Assembly: GCA_964234715.1 (NCBI GenBank)
Contig: OZ174291.1
Strand: one strand, 5' to 3'
DNA length: 64,000 nt
Source: Podarcis melisellensis
Taxonomy: Eukaryota
Under the pieces are notes generated by a model that made no database searches, had not been told where the DNA came from, and worked only from the letters and a program-made list of their open reading frames with translations. Of the stretch, positions 53,761 through 63,925 are shown in pieces. The translations under genes were made by a program, and so were the position numbers. Each line of letters opens with the position of its first letter. Position 1 is the stretch's first letter.

Positions 53761-55790
53761 GTAAATAATTTCTTTACTCAGCCTGCTTTTGAGATGTGTG
53801 TACATGTTTTTGTGTGTGGAAAAATAGCAGGTTTCTGTTTGTCTTTCCTAATGGCTTTCCCTTCATAGCCTCTACCTGGAGTTTCTCTCATATATATATA
53901 TATATGTGCCATTCCCTAGTCATTAATGAATAGAAGCACAGTTACGCTCCAATATATTCAAATGGTTTTCGGGAAATGTTAATGTATTTGTTTAGGTATA
54001 TAGCCCATTCTGTCCTGAAGGCCGAGGTGGGAAAGAACATTTTCTTCTTTCCTTTCACCTTCGCAAATAACATGTGTGGTGCCTTTTCAGCCAAAGAGGA
54101 GCCCAGTTTGAACCTAGGTCCTGATCCAATATTCTGTCAGCTGTTTCCTCTGGGGGCTCCTATGTACCTAAATTGCCTTGCCACCAGGGAGGTTCAATTA
54201 GTTGGAACCTTCAAAGAGATGTAGTTCCATGGAGGCTATTTATTTCAGGGGCAGAAAACCTTTATCGTCCCCAGGGCTGCATTTCCTTCTGGGCAACCTT
54301 CTAAGGGCCACATGCCAGTGGCAGGCAGGGCCAGAGGCAAAAGCAGGTGGAGCAATGAATGCCAATCTTAACGTTTCATATTAGGCCGGTTTTGATGCAC
54401 ACCCCTCTCTGTCCTGTATCCAGGCGAGCAAGAAGCTTGATCAGAGTTTCAGGACATTGTCCTGCCAGGCAAAAACACTCATGATGCAAAGTAAGACCAT
54501 TGAGGGGTGTGGCCTGGGGAGAGGAGGTGTGGCCTGGGGGGGGGACTTCTGAGGGCCAGATAGGGAAGCCTCCATGCCTGAGGCTCCCTACCCTTAATTA
54601 CCTCAACTCTTTTCAAGTTAATTTTCATAGAAGTAACTTCAATACATCCTGTAAGAAATAAGGCAAAACTGGCCGTTCCTATTGGTTTTCTCTGCAAGAA
54701 CACCATTGGCTCCCTCTTTTCCTTTTTTAGATGGATTATATCCAGTGCTTAGAGTAGACCAGCTGAAATTAATGGACCTAAGTGAGCCATGTTGATTGAT
54801 TTTAGTGGGTCTACTTTGAGTAGGGCTAGCATTGGAAACAAGCCACTGTTCTTAACACAGGTGTCTAATGTGTGGTCATCTAGATGTTGCTGGAATACAA
54901 CCCCCATCTCTGACCATTGGCCATGCTACCTGGGGGTGATGGAAGTTGTAGTCCAGCAACAGGTGACCTCAGTGGTGTACTTCTCATATATGACCCTCTT
55001 TGTTCACTAAGGTCATTGGAAGAGCCTCTTTGCTGTGAATCCTTCCACTTTTCTGAAGTTCTGATGGTTTTTTCAACTAGTTTCTGGCAGTCATGCAAGA
55101 GGTATCCCTGGTCTTGTGTTGGGCTTCAGAGGCAATTGAAAAGCTGTACACCTCCTTCTGAGTGCCTCCAAAGCTCAGCTGAAACTTCTGGATGCCTGGT
55201 CAGATTGATATAGCCAAGGAATACATCCTTTTCAGTAGTGGTACCAATGCTGTGGAAATAAAACCCTGGGAAATGTTCATAGGTCCTGCCCTGTCACTGT
55301 CCTTAGGTATATTATGTGGATGTTTGGAGCTACAGAGGGGTGGGTGGCTGCTTGCGTGCGATTTTATCCTGTTTTACAGTGTTTGTGGCTTTAAGATGTC
55401 AGTTCTGCTGATTTAGGGAGATGAATTTTAATCTGTGCTCATTGATCATGGTGCTATGTTTTTGTCATGCTGTGAGCTGCCCTGGAGGTTCTTTGGAGGC
55501 ATGTGGTATAGTCTAAATTCTGAATGCCTATGCGTACTTAAAAGCTACTCTGTAGAGCCTTTTAGCCCTAAATATACGCTGCTCAAAGGATGCTCTGTAA
55601 AGGCAGCAAAATCCAGAGCACTTTTAGATCTCTCCAGGCCAGCCCCTAAATCAAGGGCTTGTGCTCTTCCTGCTGACTATAAAGACTGGCTTGTCCTTTG
55701 TCCTCTTAAACTTTTACATCACAGCATGAAGGGCAATTACGCACACATGTGCATCATCCCTCCCTAACCCCCTCAGGGCACTTGCAGTAG

Positions 55791-56030
55791 AGGGCCAGCG
55801 TGGTTAAGAGCGGTGGACTCGTAATCTGGTGAACCGGGTTCGCGTCCCCGCTCCTCCACATGCAGCTGCTGGGTAACCTTGGGCTAGTCACACTTCTCTG
55901 AAGTCTCTCAGCCCCACTCACCTCACAGAGTGTTTGTTGTGGGGGAGGAAGGGAAAGGAGATTGTTAGCCACTTTGAGACTCCTTAGGGTAGTGATAAAA
56001 CGGGATATCAAATCCAAACTCCTCCTCCTC
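55791..56030 (+). mobile_element. tRNA-derived CORE-type SINE (Squam3-like)
   Basis: A/B-box head TGGTTAAGAGC...GGTTCG, CORE-like GGGTAACCTTGGGCTAGTCAC, (CTC)n tail. Confidence 0.8.
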
Positions 56031-56112
56031 ATATCTGTCATGACGACAAAGGGCGTTTTGCTAGTTATCCATAAGCATCTTTCAATATCTTTCTCTCCCC
56101 ACCCCTTTTTAG

Positions 56113-56242
56113 GATCACTTCATCACGCCATCTGTTTTTGGAGAGATCCTTTACAATAACTTCTTGTTTGATATCCCCAAAATCCTGGATCTGTGTGTGC
56201 TCTTTGGAAAAGGCAACGGTCCTCTGCTCCATAAGATGATTG
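56113..56242 (+). CDS. ASCC2: ASCC2 coding exon DHFITPSVFGEILYNNFLFDIPKILDLCVLFGKGNGPLLHKMI
   Basis: 130 nt, TAG/GTTAGT, phase 0-1. Confidence 0.96.
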
Positions 56243-56896
56243 GTTAGTGAGGGAATGGGGTGTGTGTGTGTGAAGTGTTGGGGGGCGGCGCCCTCTAAAA
56301 ACCAGGATTTAAATCAAATTTGCCACTTTCCTCAGTCCAATTGGTTTTACTAATTGTAGGAGTAAAGTGTCTGTTTCTTAATTTACTGTTTAATATTACT
56401 TTTACTTTGGTCTAGCCAGGCTCCATTATTTCTTTACTAGGAAACAGAAAACCAGCATTCAGCTGCAATAGTTTTTAAAGAGGGGCTGTTCCAAACTGGC
56501 CCATTGCTAAGGGACATTAAAGCTTTAAAGCAGGGGGGAGGAACCTTGGGCATGGGGTCCAGATATGGCGCTCCAAGCCTTTCTGTCTGACCCTTGGTAT
56601 TCACTGGTCCTGCTTTATACCCTTCCTCTGTGTTCTTGCCTAGCTGGAGTGTGTCCTTGAACTCTGATGGTGCCTCTCCCTTGCCTGGGTGGAAAATAGA
56701 GAGTGATGTGCTAAACCATAGTTTGGCTTAATGCAACATTCAAACCAGGCCAATATGAGTTACGTGTAACATGAAGAAGATGCATGGAGATCTCCTAACT
56801 AAGTGTGAAGCCTTTTGTGGTGTTGAATGTTTTAACCTGCCTGAAACCAATCTTTTTCTCTTTCCTTTCTTCCTCCCTCTCCATCCTACCCCTCAG

Positions 56897-56964
56897 AAAA
56901 CATCTTTACTCAGCAGCCAAGCTATTTCAGTGACTTGGATGAAACCGTGCCTACAATCCTTCAG
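56897..56964 (+). CDS. ASCC2: ASCC2 coding exon ENIFTQQPSYFSDLDETVPTILQ
   Basis: 68 nt, CAG/GT, phase 1-0. Confidence 0.94.
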
Positions 56965-57807
56965 GTTGTACTTCTTGTTGGGCTTATTTGAGAAGCTCTG
57001 TTCCCATTTGTAACAGTTGTGGGGAAACAAATGTTGTTGGACTGCAGTTCCCATCAGCCCCCAGCCAGTGTGTCAATTGTGACTGACACACACCAGAAAA
57101 TTGGCATGAAGGAAATGTGAACTGAAAGCTGGAAAAAAAATGCTCCCTGACCCCCATTTATAAGGAAGGGAGTTCTTTCCTTGGAGAGCAGACCTATAAA
57201 GTCCCATGTGGCTTGGACCCAGGTGACTTGAAAAATCCTATACGAACCTGCCCAGGTGCTATGATCCTTAGCTCAGCACCTGCTTTTGGTCCCATCAACA
57301 CCAGAGGCACGATTGTTGGTGACCCGAGAGAGAGCCTTTTCTGTGGCTGCTCTCTTTCCCAAGAGGGGAAAGACTGGCTTCCTCTTTGTTATCCTTCCAC
57401 CAGCAGGCCAAAATCTTCCTGTTCAGACAGGCCTTTGATAATAACGAAGATTCGGACTATGCTGATCTCTGGGCTGCTGTCAGGGCAAACTGGATTTTCA
57501 TTGCTGGTTCTAAATGTGTTCTGATGTGTTTTAATCATTGTTTGTAACTAGTTGGATATAATTACTTGGTATTATGTAATGTTTTTAAATGTTGGAAGCT
57601 GCCATGAATCCCAGCTTGGGTTAAATGTGGGATATAAATACATTAATTTATTATAATATTATATAAATTATTATTATAATATTTATTTATTTATTTATTA
57701 TTAACAACAAAACAGCTACAACAATAACCTTGGTCAGATGATTACCATCAATAAAAGGCAAAATGCACCCAGTTGTATTCCGCTTATGGACTCTTTGTTC
57801 CTTCTAG

Positions 57808-57918
57808 GTACTCAGCAGCATTCTGCATACATGTGGCTTGCAGTGTGAAGGAGCTTCATCCACACCACAGAAGCTGGAGGAAAGAATCCGATTGACTCCT
57901 GGGGATATTCCTCTGCAG
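57808..57918 (+). CDS. ASCC2: ASCC2 coding exon VLSSILHTCGLQCEGASSTPQKLEERIRLTPGDIPLQ
   Basis: 111 nt, TAG/GT. Confidence 0.93.
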
Positions 57919-58349
57919 GTGGGGTGGGGCAGGTATTTCCTGGGACCGATGTACTTCCTCCAAACCTGGCCTCAGCTTTAATCTTCACCACAGATACTTT
58001 CTCTCTCCCCACCCCACCCAACAGCTTATGTCTCATTCTGCACATGGTTGCTAGTAACACATTCCCTTCCCTGTCCTGTGACTGGGTGAGGCAGCTTTTC
58101 CTCATCACATGAATTTTCCTGTGCTTTGCGATACACTTTTTTCTGTATTGATATTTTATGTGTTCGGTTTTAAAATCTCACTGAACACTTCCTTTCTTTG
58201 TATTCTTTGATAAACAGAACCATGGGCATCTGCAATAATTCTTCTGGGGGGCAAAGGAGATGGGGGGTAAGCAGGCTAGTTTCTCATGAAAAATGAGAAT
58301 ATACTGCCTGTAAATTTGGTTTCATCTGGTTCTGCAAATGCTAGAAGCT

Positions 58350-58394
<45 letters not shown>

Positions 58395-58400
58395 GTGTGT
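58350..58400. repeat. (TG)n microsatellite
   Basis: Seen directly. Confidence 0.9.
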
Positions 58401-58945
58401 TTAATGACAGCTGGGAATTTGTGGATCAGGGCTGCATAGACACCATATATTTAAAGGACATGACTTCCCCCAAAGAATCTTGAGGAAGAGCTCTGCCCCT
58501 CATTTGTTGTCCTGATCACTCACTTGCATGGAATTTTATGTGCTTAAATGTTCTCCAGATGTTTTGGATGACAGCTCCTGGCAGCCACAGCATGGCCACG
58601 CTTGTGGGAGTTGGTCTAAAATGTTATAAGCGCATCAGGCAGGAAAAAGCTGCCTTAAAATTAAAAGCTGATATAAAGAATTGTTGGTTTGCTGCCCTTT
58701 AATGCTACCGCTTGTGGTGGGCCTAATAATGGAGCTGACCGCTCTAGGACTTCCCTGGCTCAGATTTCGAGGTGTGATATTATGCCAACTCTGAGGAGGA
58801 AGTGAACCCAGAGACTGGGGCTGGGGAGGAATCTAGGGCAGGGAATTGCTTTGTTTGGCAGCTTACTTTTAAAATAAAAATAAAATTGTGCTTAAAATCT
58901 GATTTTTTTAAAAAAATGAAAGACCTTCCTTTCTTTTCCTCCTAG

Positions 58946-59058
58946 GAGCTGAAGGATATTGTCCTGTACCTGTGTGACACTTGCATCACCCTCTGGGCCT
59001 TTCTGGATGTTTTCCCTTTGGCTTGCCAGACATTCCAAAAGCATGACTTCTGCTACAG
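58946..59058 (+). CDS. ASCC2: ASCC2 coding exon ELKDIVLYLCDTCITLWAFLDVFPLACQTFQKHDFCYR
   Basis: 113 nt, TAG/GTAT, phase 0-2. Confidence 0.96.
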
Positions 59059-59618
59059 GTATATTGGTAGGCTGCCTGCCTGTGTGTGTGTGTGTGTGTG
59101 TGTGTGCACGTGCTTCAATTCCACTAGATAAGTGTTGTTGGATTCCAACTCTTATCATCCCTAGCCAGTTTAGCCTTTGGTCAGGGATGATGGGAGATGT
59201 AGTCCAACTACACTGGGATCACACCAGGTTGAAGAACACTGCCTCAGAAAAGGTTACAGCTGAGAGAGATACAGATCATTACAATAACAAATACTAAATC
59301 ATTTCAAAACATAACACGACAATCTAACAACTCGGTTTGATTCTGTTATATTATTTTAAGGTCATTGTAAGACAAGCATTGAAACAGATCAGTTAATGAC
59401 AGATACAATAAACATCCCAAGGCGATCACTCATCAAGAAAAATAGAACCAGTACTTAAGTACTTATACCAAATGGTATGAAAGCTAAAAAGTGTTTCCTA
59501 GAGTTGCTTACAATATATATATATATATATATATATGCTTTCGTAGATTTTCACGGGTACAGGAATGCAGGTTTTGGTGTCCTCGGGTGTCTTCCCGTGT
59601 AAAAGTTGGGGTGTCTAT

Positions 59619-59656
59619 GCGACGTTTCGACGAGGTCTCACTCGTCATCTTCAGGC
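59619..59656 (-). ncRNA. minimal hammerhead ribozyme motif (inverted copy)
   Basis: Exact reverse complement of 62094-62131. Confidence 0.8.
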
Positions 59657-60270
59657 TGGTGCTTTCGGCTTCTTGTTACTGGAACAGAGCAGGATCTCAG
59701 TGTTTTAGTTCCTATAAATACTGTTGAGGGGGTGTGGTGTATAGCCTCCAATGTTCTGGGCAGAGAGGAAGTTCCCAGGCTAGTGTGCCTTTTCTTCTTT
59801 TGTTCCTTAATTACTTGAGGGATATCTTGAGTGATTTCTTGAGTGATATCCTGAGTACCACTTAGGTGGGTCATTAGGTGTGGATTAGTTGCTAAAGTCT
59901 TTGTGTCTTGACCTCTTGAACTTTGTGAAGAGTTTTTCTGAGAAGATGGCTGTACTGCACTTAGTTGTGCTCTGGCTTGGCTTCGTGTATAGGGGCGAGC
60001 TGTGGTTTTGTGGCCTGTGTCAGCCAGATCTGTGTAGGGATTGCAGGGGGGTGCAGCATCCGGAGGTGCCTCCATGGTTTGGCTACTGGATGGTGTCTGT
60101 AATTTATCTGTGGAGAGGGTCTGGGTTTGGGTCTGGTGTGGTTGATTGGTGATGGCGTTCTGTGTGCCTCTGGATCTGGTGTCAGTTTTTGTGGGGAGGG
60201 CTAATTTCCAGATGTCTGGCAAGCGGGATGTGTCGTCACGCTTGTTCATGTTGTGAGGGTGTTTCTCTAT

Positions 60271-62112
60271 CTCGCTAAATTTCTCGCCAAGCAACTTCAG
60301 CCCTATGCAGAATCCATCTCTTCACACGTTCCAAACTCCTTCCAGTTCATAGAAACAATAAAGAAGCAAAACCTACATCCTAATGACCTACTTGTGAGCT
60401 TCGATGTTGTATCTCTCTTCACACAAGTGCCCATTAATGAAGCCTTGACAGCCATTCAAAACAAATACAATCCCCCCGAATACATCTTGGACCTGACCAA
60501 CCACTGCCTAACCAACACGTACTTCATCCACAATGGACAAAGATACAAACAGATAGAAGGAGCACCTATGGGATCACCCCTCTCACCGGTCATCGCAAAC
60601 CTGTACATGGAACACTTTGAAACCAATGCTTTAGACAAGTCAGAACACAAACCCAAACTTTGGCTCAGATATGTTGACGACACCTTTGTAATTTGGCCAC
60701 ACGGGAAGGAAAAACTGGATAGCTTCCTCACACATCTCAACAGCCTACACCCCAAAATACAATTCACTATGGAAATAGAAGCCAACAACCAACTTCCCTT
60801 CCTTGACGTCCTAATCTACAAAAAACCTGATGGCTCCCTAGGACACACTATCTACCGGAAAAAAACACACACCAACCGCTACTTACATGCACAATCACAC
60901 CACCACCCTGCACAAATAAACTCCGTAGCCAAGACTCTCATCTCCAGAACCAAACGCCTGGCTGACAAAGACCACTTGACAACTGAGTTACAGAATCTCT
61001 CAAATGTGTTAATTGCCAATGGATACCAGCAAAACAGGGTTACGAAGCTAATCCAAAAAGAAACACCCCCCAAAAACCAAGACACAGAAGAAAACAATGG
61101 CATGGCCCTCCTGCCTTATATCAAGGGCACTACAGATAAAATTAGCAAAATCCTCCATAAACACAATATCAAAACAGCCTTTTGCACCAACCAAAAAATA
61201 GCCAATATCCTCAGAAACCCCAAGGATAAAATCCAGTTGGAAAACCAAGGGGTCTATGAAATACCCTGCAAAGTCTGCGCAGCCACGTACATTGGACAAA
61301 CAAACAGACGAATAAATGCACGTATCGCAGAACACAAGAATGCCGTCAAAAAAGAAGAAAAAACTTCCTCTCTTTTCCAACACATGAAAGAAACAGGACA
61401 CGAAATTAATTTTGCAGATTCCAAATTGCTCTTTAACATGGAACATCACCACAAGAGAATAATCATGGAAGCCATCGAGATAGAGAAACACCCTCACAAC
61501 ATGAACAAGCGTGACGACACATCCCGCTTGCCAGACATCTGGAAATTAGCCCTCCCCACAAAAACTGACACCAGATCCAGAGGCACACAGAACGCCATCA
61601 CCAATCAACCACACCAGACCCAAACCCAGACCCTCTCCACAGATAAATTACAGACACCATCCAGTAGCCAAACCATGGAGGCACCTCCGGATGCTGCACC
61701 CCCCTGCAATCCCTACACAGATCTGGCTGACACAGGCCACAAAACCACAGCTCGCCCCTATACACGAAGCCAAGCCAGAGCACAACTAAGTGCAGTACAG
61801 CCATCTTCTCAGAAAAACTCTTCACAAAGTTCAAGAGGTCAAGACACAAAGACTTTAGCAACTAATCCACACCTAATGACCCACCTAAGTGGTACTCAGG
61901 ATATCACTCAAGAAATCACTCAAGATATCCCTCAAGTAATTAAGGAACAAAAGAAGAAAAGGCACACTAGCCTGGGAACTTCCTCTCTGCCCAGAACATT
62001 GGAGGCTATACACCACACCCCCTCAACAGTATTTATAGGAACTAAAACACTGAGATCCTGCTCTGTTCCAGTAACAAGAAGCCGAAAGCACCAGCCTGAA
62101 GATGACGAGTGA
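60271..62112 (+). CDS. PLE reverse transcriptase + GIY-YIG endonuclease (N-terminally truncated, no internal stops)
   Basis: RT motifs SFDVVSLFT, GAPMGSPLSP, YVDD (60670-60681) and LPFLDV; endonuclease GVYEIPCKVC..YIGQT.R...RIAEH with CCHH residues (from 61249). The GTG at 60253 lies in the inverted arm and is not a native start. Confidence 0.93.
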   Translation, partial: LAKFLAKQLQPYAESISSHVPNSFQFIETIKKQNLHPNDLLVSFDVVSLFTQVPINEALTAIQNKYNPPEYILDLTNHCLTNTYFIHNGQRYKQIEGAPMGSPLSPVIANLYMEHFETNALDKSEHKPKLWLRYVDDTFVIWPHGKEKLDSFLTHLNSLHPKIQFTMEIEANNQLPFLDVLIYKKPDGSLGHTIYRKKTHTNRYLHAQSHHHPAQINSVAKTLISRTKRLADKDHLTTELQNLSNVLIANGYQQNRVTKLIQKETPPKNQDTEENNGMALLPYIKGTTDKISKILHKHNIKTAFCTNQKIANILRNPKDKIQLENQGVYEIPCKVCAATYIGQTNRRINARIAEHKNAVKKEEKTSSLFQHMKETGHEINFADSKLLFNMEHHHKRIIMEAIEIEKHPHNMNKRDDTSRLPDIWKLALPTKTDTRSRGTQNAITNQPHQTQTQTLSTDKLQTPSSSQTMEAPPDAAPPCNPYTDLADTGHKTTARPYTRSQARAQLSAVQPSSQKNSSQSSRGQDTKTLATNPHLMTHLSGTQDITQEITQDIPQVIKEQKKKRHTSLGTSSLPRTLEAIHHTPSTVFIGTKTLRSCSVPVTRSRKHQPEDDE

Positions 62113-62131
62113 GACCTCGTCGAAACGTCGC
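62094..62131 (+). ncRNA. minimal type I hammerhead ribozyme motif
   Basis: CUGAAGA (62096-62102), extra U, stem II GACGAG/CUCGUC with loop UGAGAC, GAAA, CG, UC; predicted cleavage after C62129; only 2 bp of stem I are evident. Confidence 0.8.
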
Positions 62132-62449
62132 ATAGACACCCCAACTTTTACACGGGAAGACACCCGAGGACACCAAAACCTGCATATATATATATATATA
62201 TATATATCCGAGCAACTTACCATTTTTTGAAAATTGCATACAGTACCAGATTTAAAATAGCATCTGTGGGACTATACCTACTCTAGACAGAGCTATGACC
62301 CCCCCCCAGCTTCTTCTGTATTATCAATATTAGAATGTTGTACACATATCCTTCCTTGATTTGATTTCTCTCTCGCTCTGTATATATATATATATATATA
62401 CACATATATCTAAATCACAATTAGGTGTGCTTCACTTTTTTCAAAAAAG

Positions 62450-62524
62450 GCTTGCTGCATTTTACGAGCTGGTGGTACCTGAACTGGAGGCTGCTATTAA
62501 GAAGAGGCAACGCGAGGACAGCAG
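62450..62524 (+). CDS. ASCC2: ASCC2 coding exon LAAFYELVVPELEAAIKKRQREDS
   Basis: 75 nt, AAG acceptor / GTTTGT donor, phase 2-2. Confidence 0.92.
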
Positions 62525-63302
62525 GTTTGTTTCCTGTGGAGGTGACCATTCCCCTCTGAAATAAGTGCAGTTGTCCCCTCCAGGCACAAGCCCTGCAATA
62601 TATCTGCCCAGGTTGCTCCTGCAGCATACCTGAAGTTCCACCATCCTTTAGGAGCAGGTGGTGGGAAAACGTTTATGCTCCATGGGCCAGATCCTCATCA
62701 GGATTGGCTTTGGGCGGCTGCCCACCTGACAGTTGCCTGACATCACAATGACATCAGGTGCAAAGTGCAGCTACAACAAAGGCTCTCTCACTCCATTTTA
62801 GCTGTGGGTTCCTGCTAAATTCAGGAAGGGGGTTGTATAGAATCTTGCTGGACTGAGCAGGATTTAACCCCTACTCATCAGTAACTCATCCTGCTCAGTT
62901 GTGTTGTCCCTGTTCCCTGTTGTAATTTATTGGGCTGGAGGTCCCCCCCCCCCCGAGATGTAGTAGAGCCAGTAAGGTATAATGGTTAGAGCAGCTTTCT
63001 CCATCCTGCTGCCATTTCAGATGTTCTTGGACTTCAGGTTGCATCATGGGAGGGAAGCTCCATTGAGCTAGGAGAAGTCCTAGCCTGGACTTTCACCAGC
63101 GGGACTGCTTAGTTAAATCTAGCCTTTGTTACTTAATCATGGCTTTAATATTTTTTAGTGTTTTATTGAACGTATATACCCCACTTTGGAACCTTGCAAT
63201 GAAGAGTGGGTCGAAGAAAATAATAGTAATAACAACTATCACTGCAACTTCCTTTTGCTTCTGTGTCAGAAATTCTCACTCCCCTTCCCTCCCCACCATC
63301 AG

Positions 63303-63410
63303 CTTATTGTCAGATTTGTGGAAGAGGCTGTCTCATTCTCGAAAGAAGATGGTGGAAGTTTTCCATATGATCATAAACCAGTTGTGCCTTCAGCCCATTT
63401 TGGAAAGCAG
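63303..63410 (+). CDS. ASCC2: ASCC2 coding exon LLSDLWKRLSHSRKKMVEVFHMIINQLCLQPILES
   Basis: 108 nt, CAG/GTAC. The gene continues off-window. Confidence 0.95.
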
Positions 63411-63514
63411 GTACTTGTTAACGTGCATGGATTTCATGCAGTGGGTTGCCCTTATACACACTCATTTCTATGACACCAGGAAAGAAACCTCAGAATCAGA
63501 TAATGTTTACAGAT

Positions 63515-63925
63515 GTTGGGGAACGAATCTAGGAGCTTCTGTGTTCAAAGCAGATGCTCTCTCACTCAGCTGTGGCCCTTCCCCTGTCACAGGAAGCTGC
63601 TTTATGTCAAGCCAAACTATTGGTCCATCTAGCTCAGCATCTGACAGCAACTGTCCAGAGTTTCAGACAGGAGACATTCCAAGTGCTACTTGATGGTGCT
63701 GGGATTGAGCCTGGGACTTTCTGCATGGAAAGCTGATGGTCTACTGCTGAGCGATGGCCCTTCGGTGTACTGAGTCAGATCATTGGTCCACCCAGCTCAG
63801 TATTGCCTGCACTAACTGGCAGTGGCTTTCCGGGCTATTTTCTTAGCCTACCTGGAGATTGAGGGGATTGAACCTGGAACCTTCTGCATGCATAGGAGAT
63901 GCTCTACCACTAAGCTACAGCTCTC
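63515..63925 (-). mobile_element. cluster of three tRNA-headed SINE copies in tandem (family also at ~38010-38200 +, 49640-49825 -, 31035-31180 +, 16600-16685 -)
   Basis: Repeated head GTAGCTYAGTGGTAGAGCATCT...GGTTCAATCCC plus a shared GATGGACCAAT...GCAGCTTCCT tail. Confidence 0.75.

Larger units (their letters stand above)
59537..62185 (+). mobile_element. Penelope-like retroelement (Penelope/Poseidon type), 5'-truncated, with an inverted upstream pseudo-LTR
   Basis: RT + GIY-YIG ORF; 59565-60274 is the reverse complement of 61476-62185; a hammerhead motif in each arm; (AT)12 on both sides. Confidence 0.95.

Noticed and set aside
59638-60294. 218-aa minus-strand ORF as a separate gene
   Set aside because: It is the inverted arm of the PLE, identical to the C-terminus of the main ORF, and has no native start.
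63139-63693. 184-aa ORF as a single exon
   Set aside because: Only 63303-63410 matches ASCC2 and has splice sites; the rest is intron and SINE sequence.
63845-63925. tRNA gene
   Set aside because: A degenerate tRNA-like head continuous with a SINE body that recurs many times; no intact cloverleaf.
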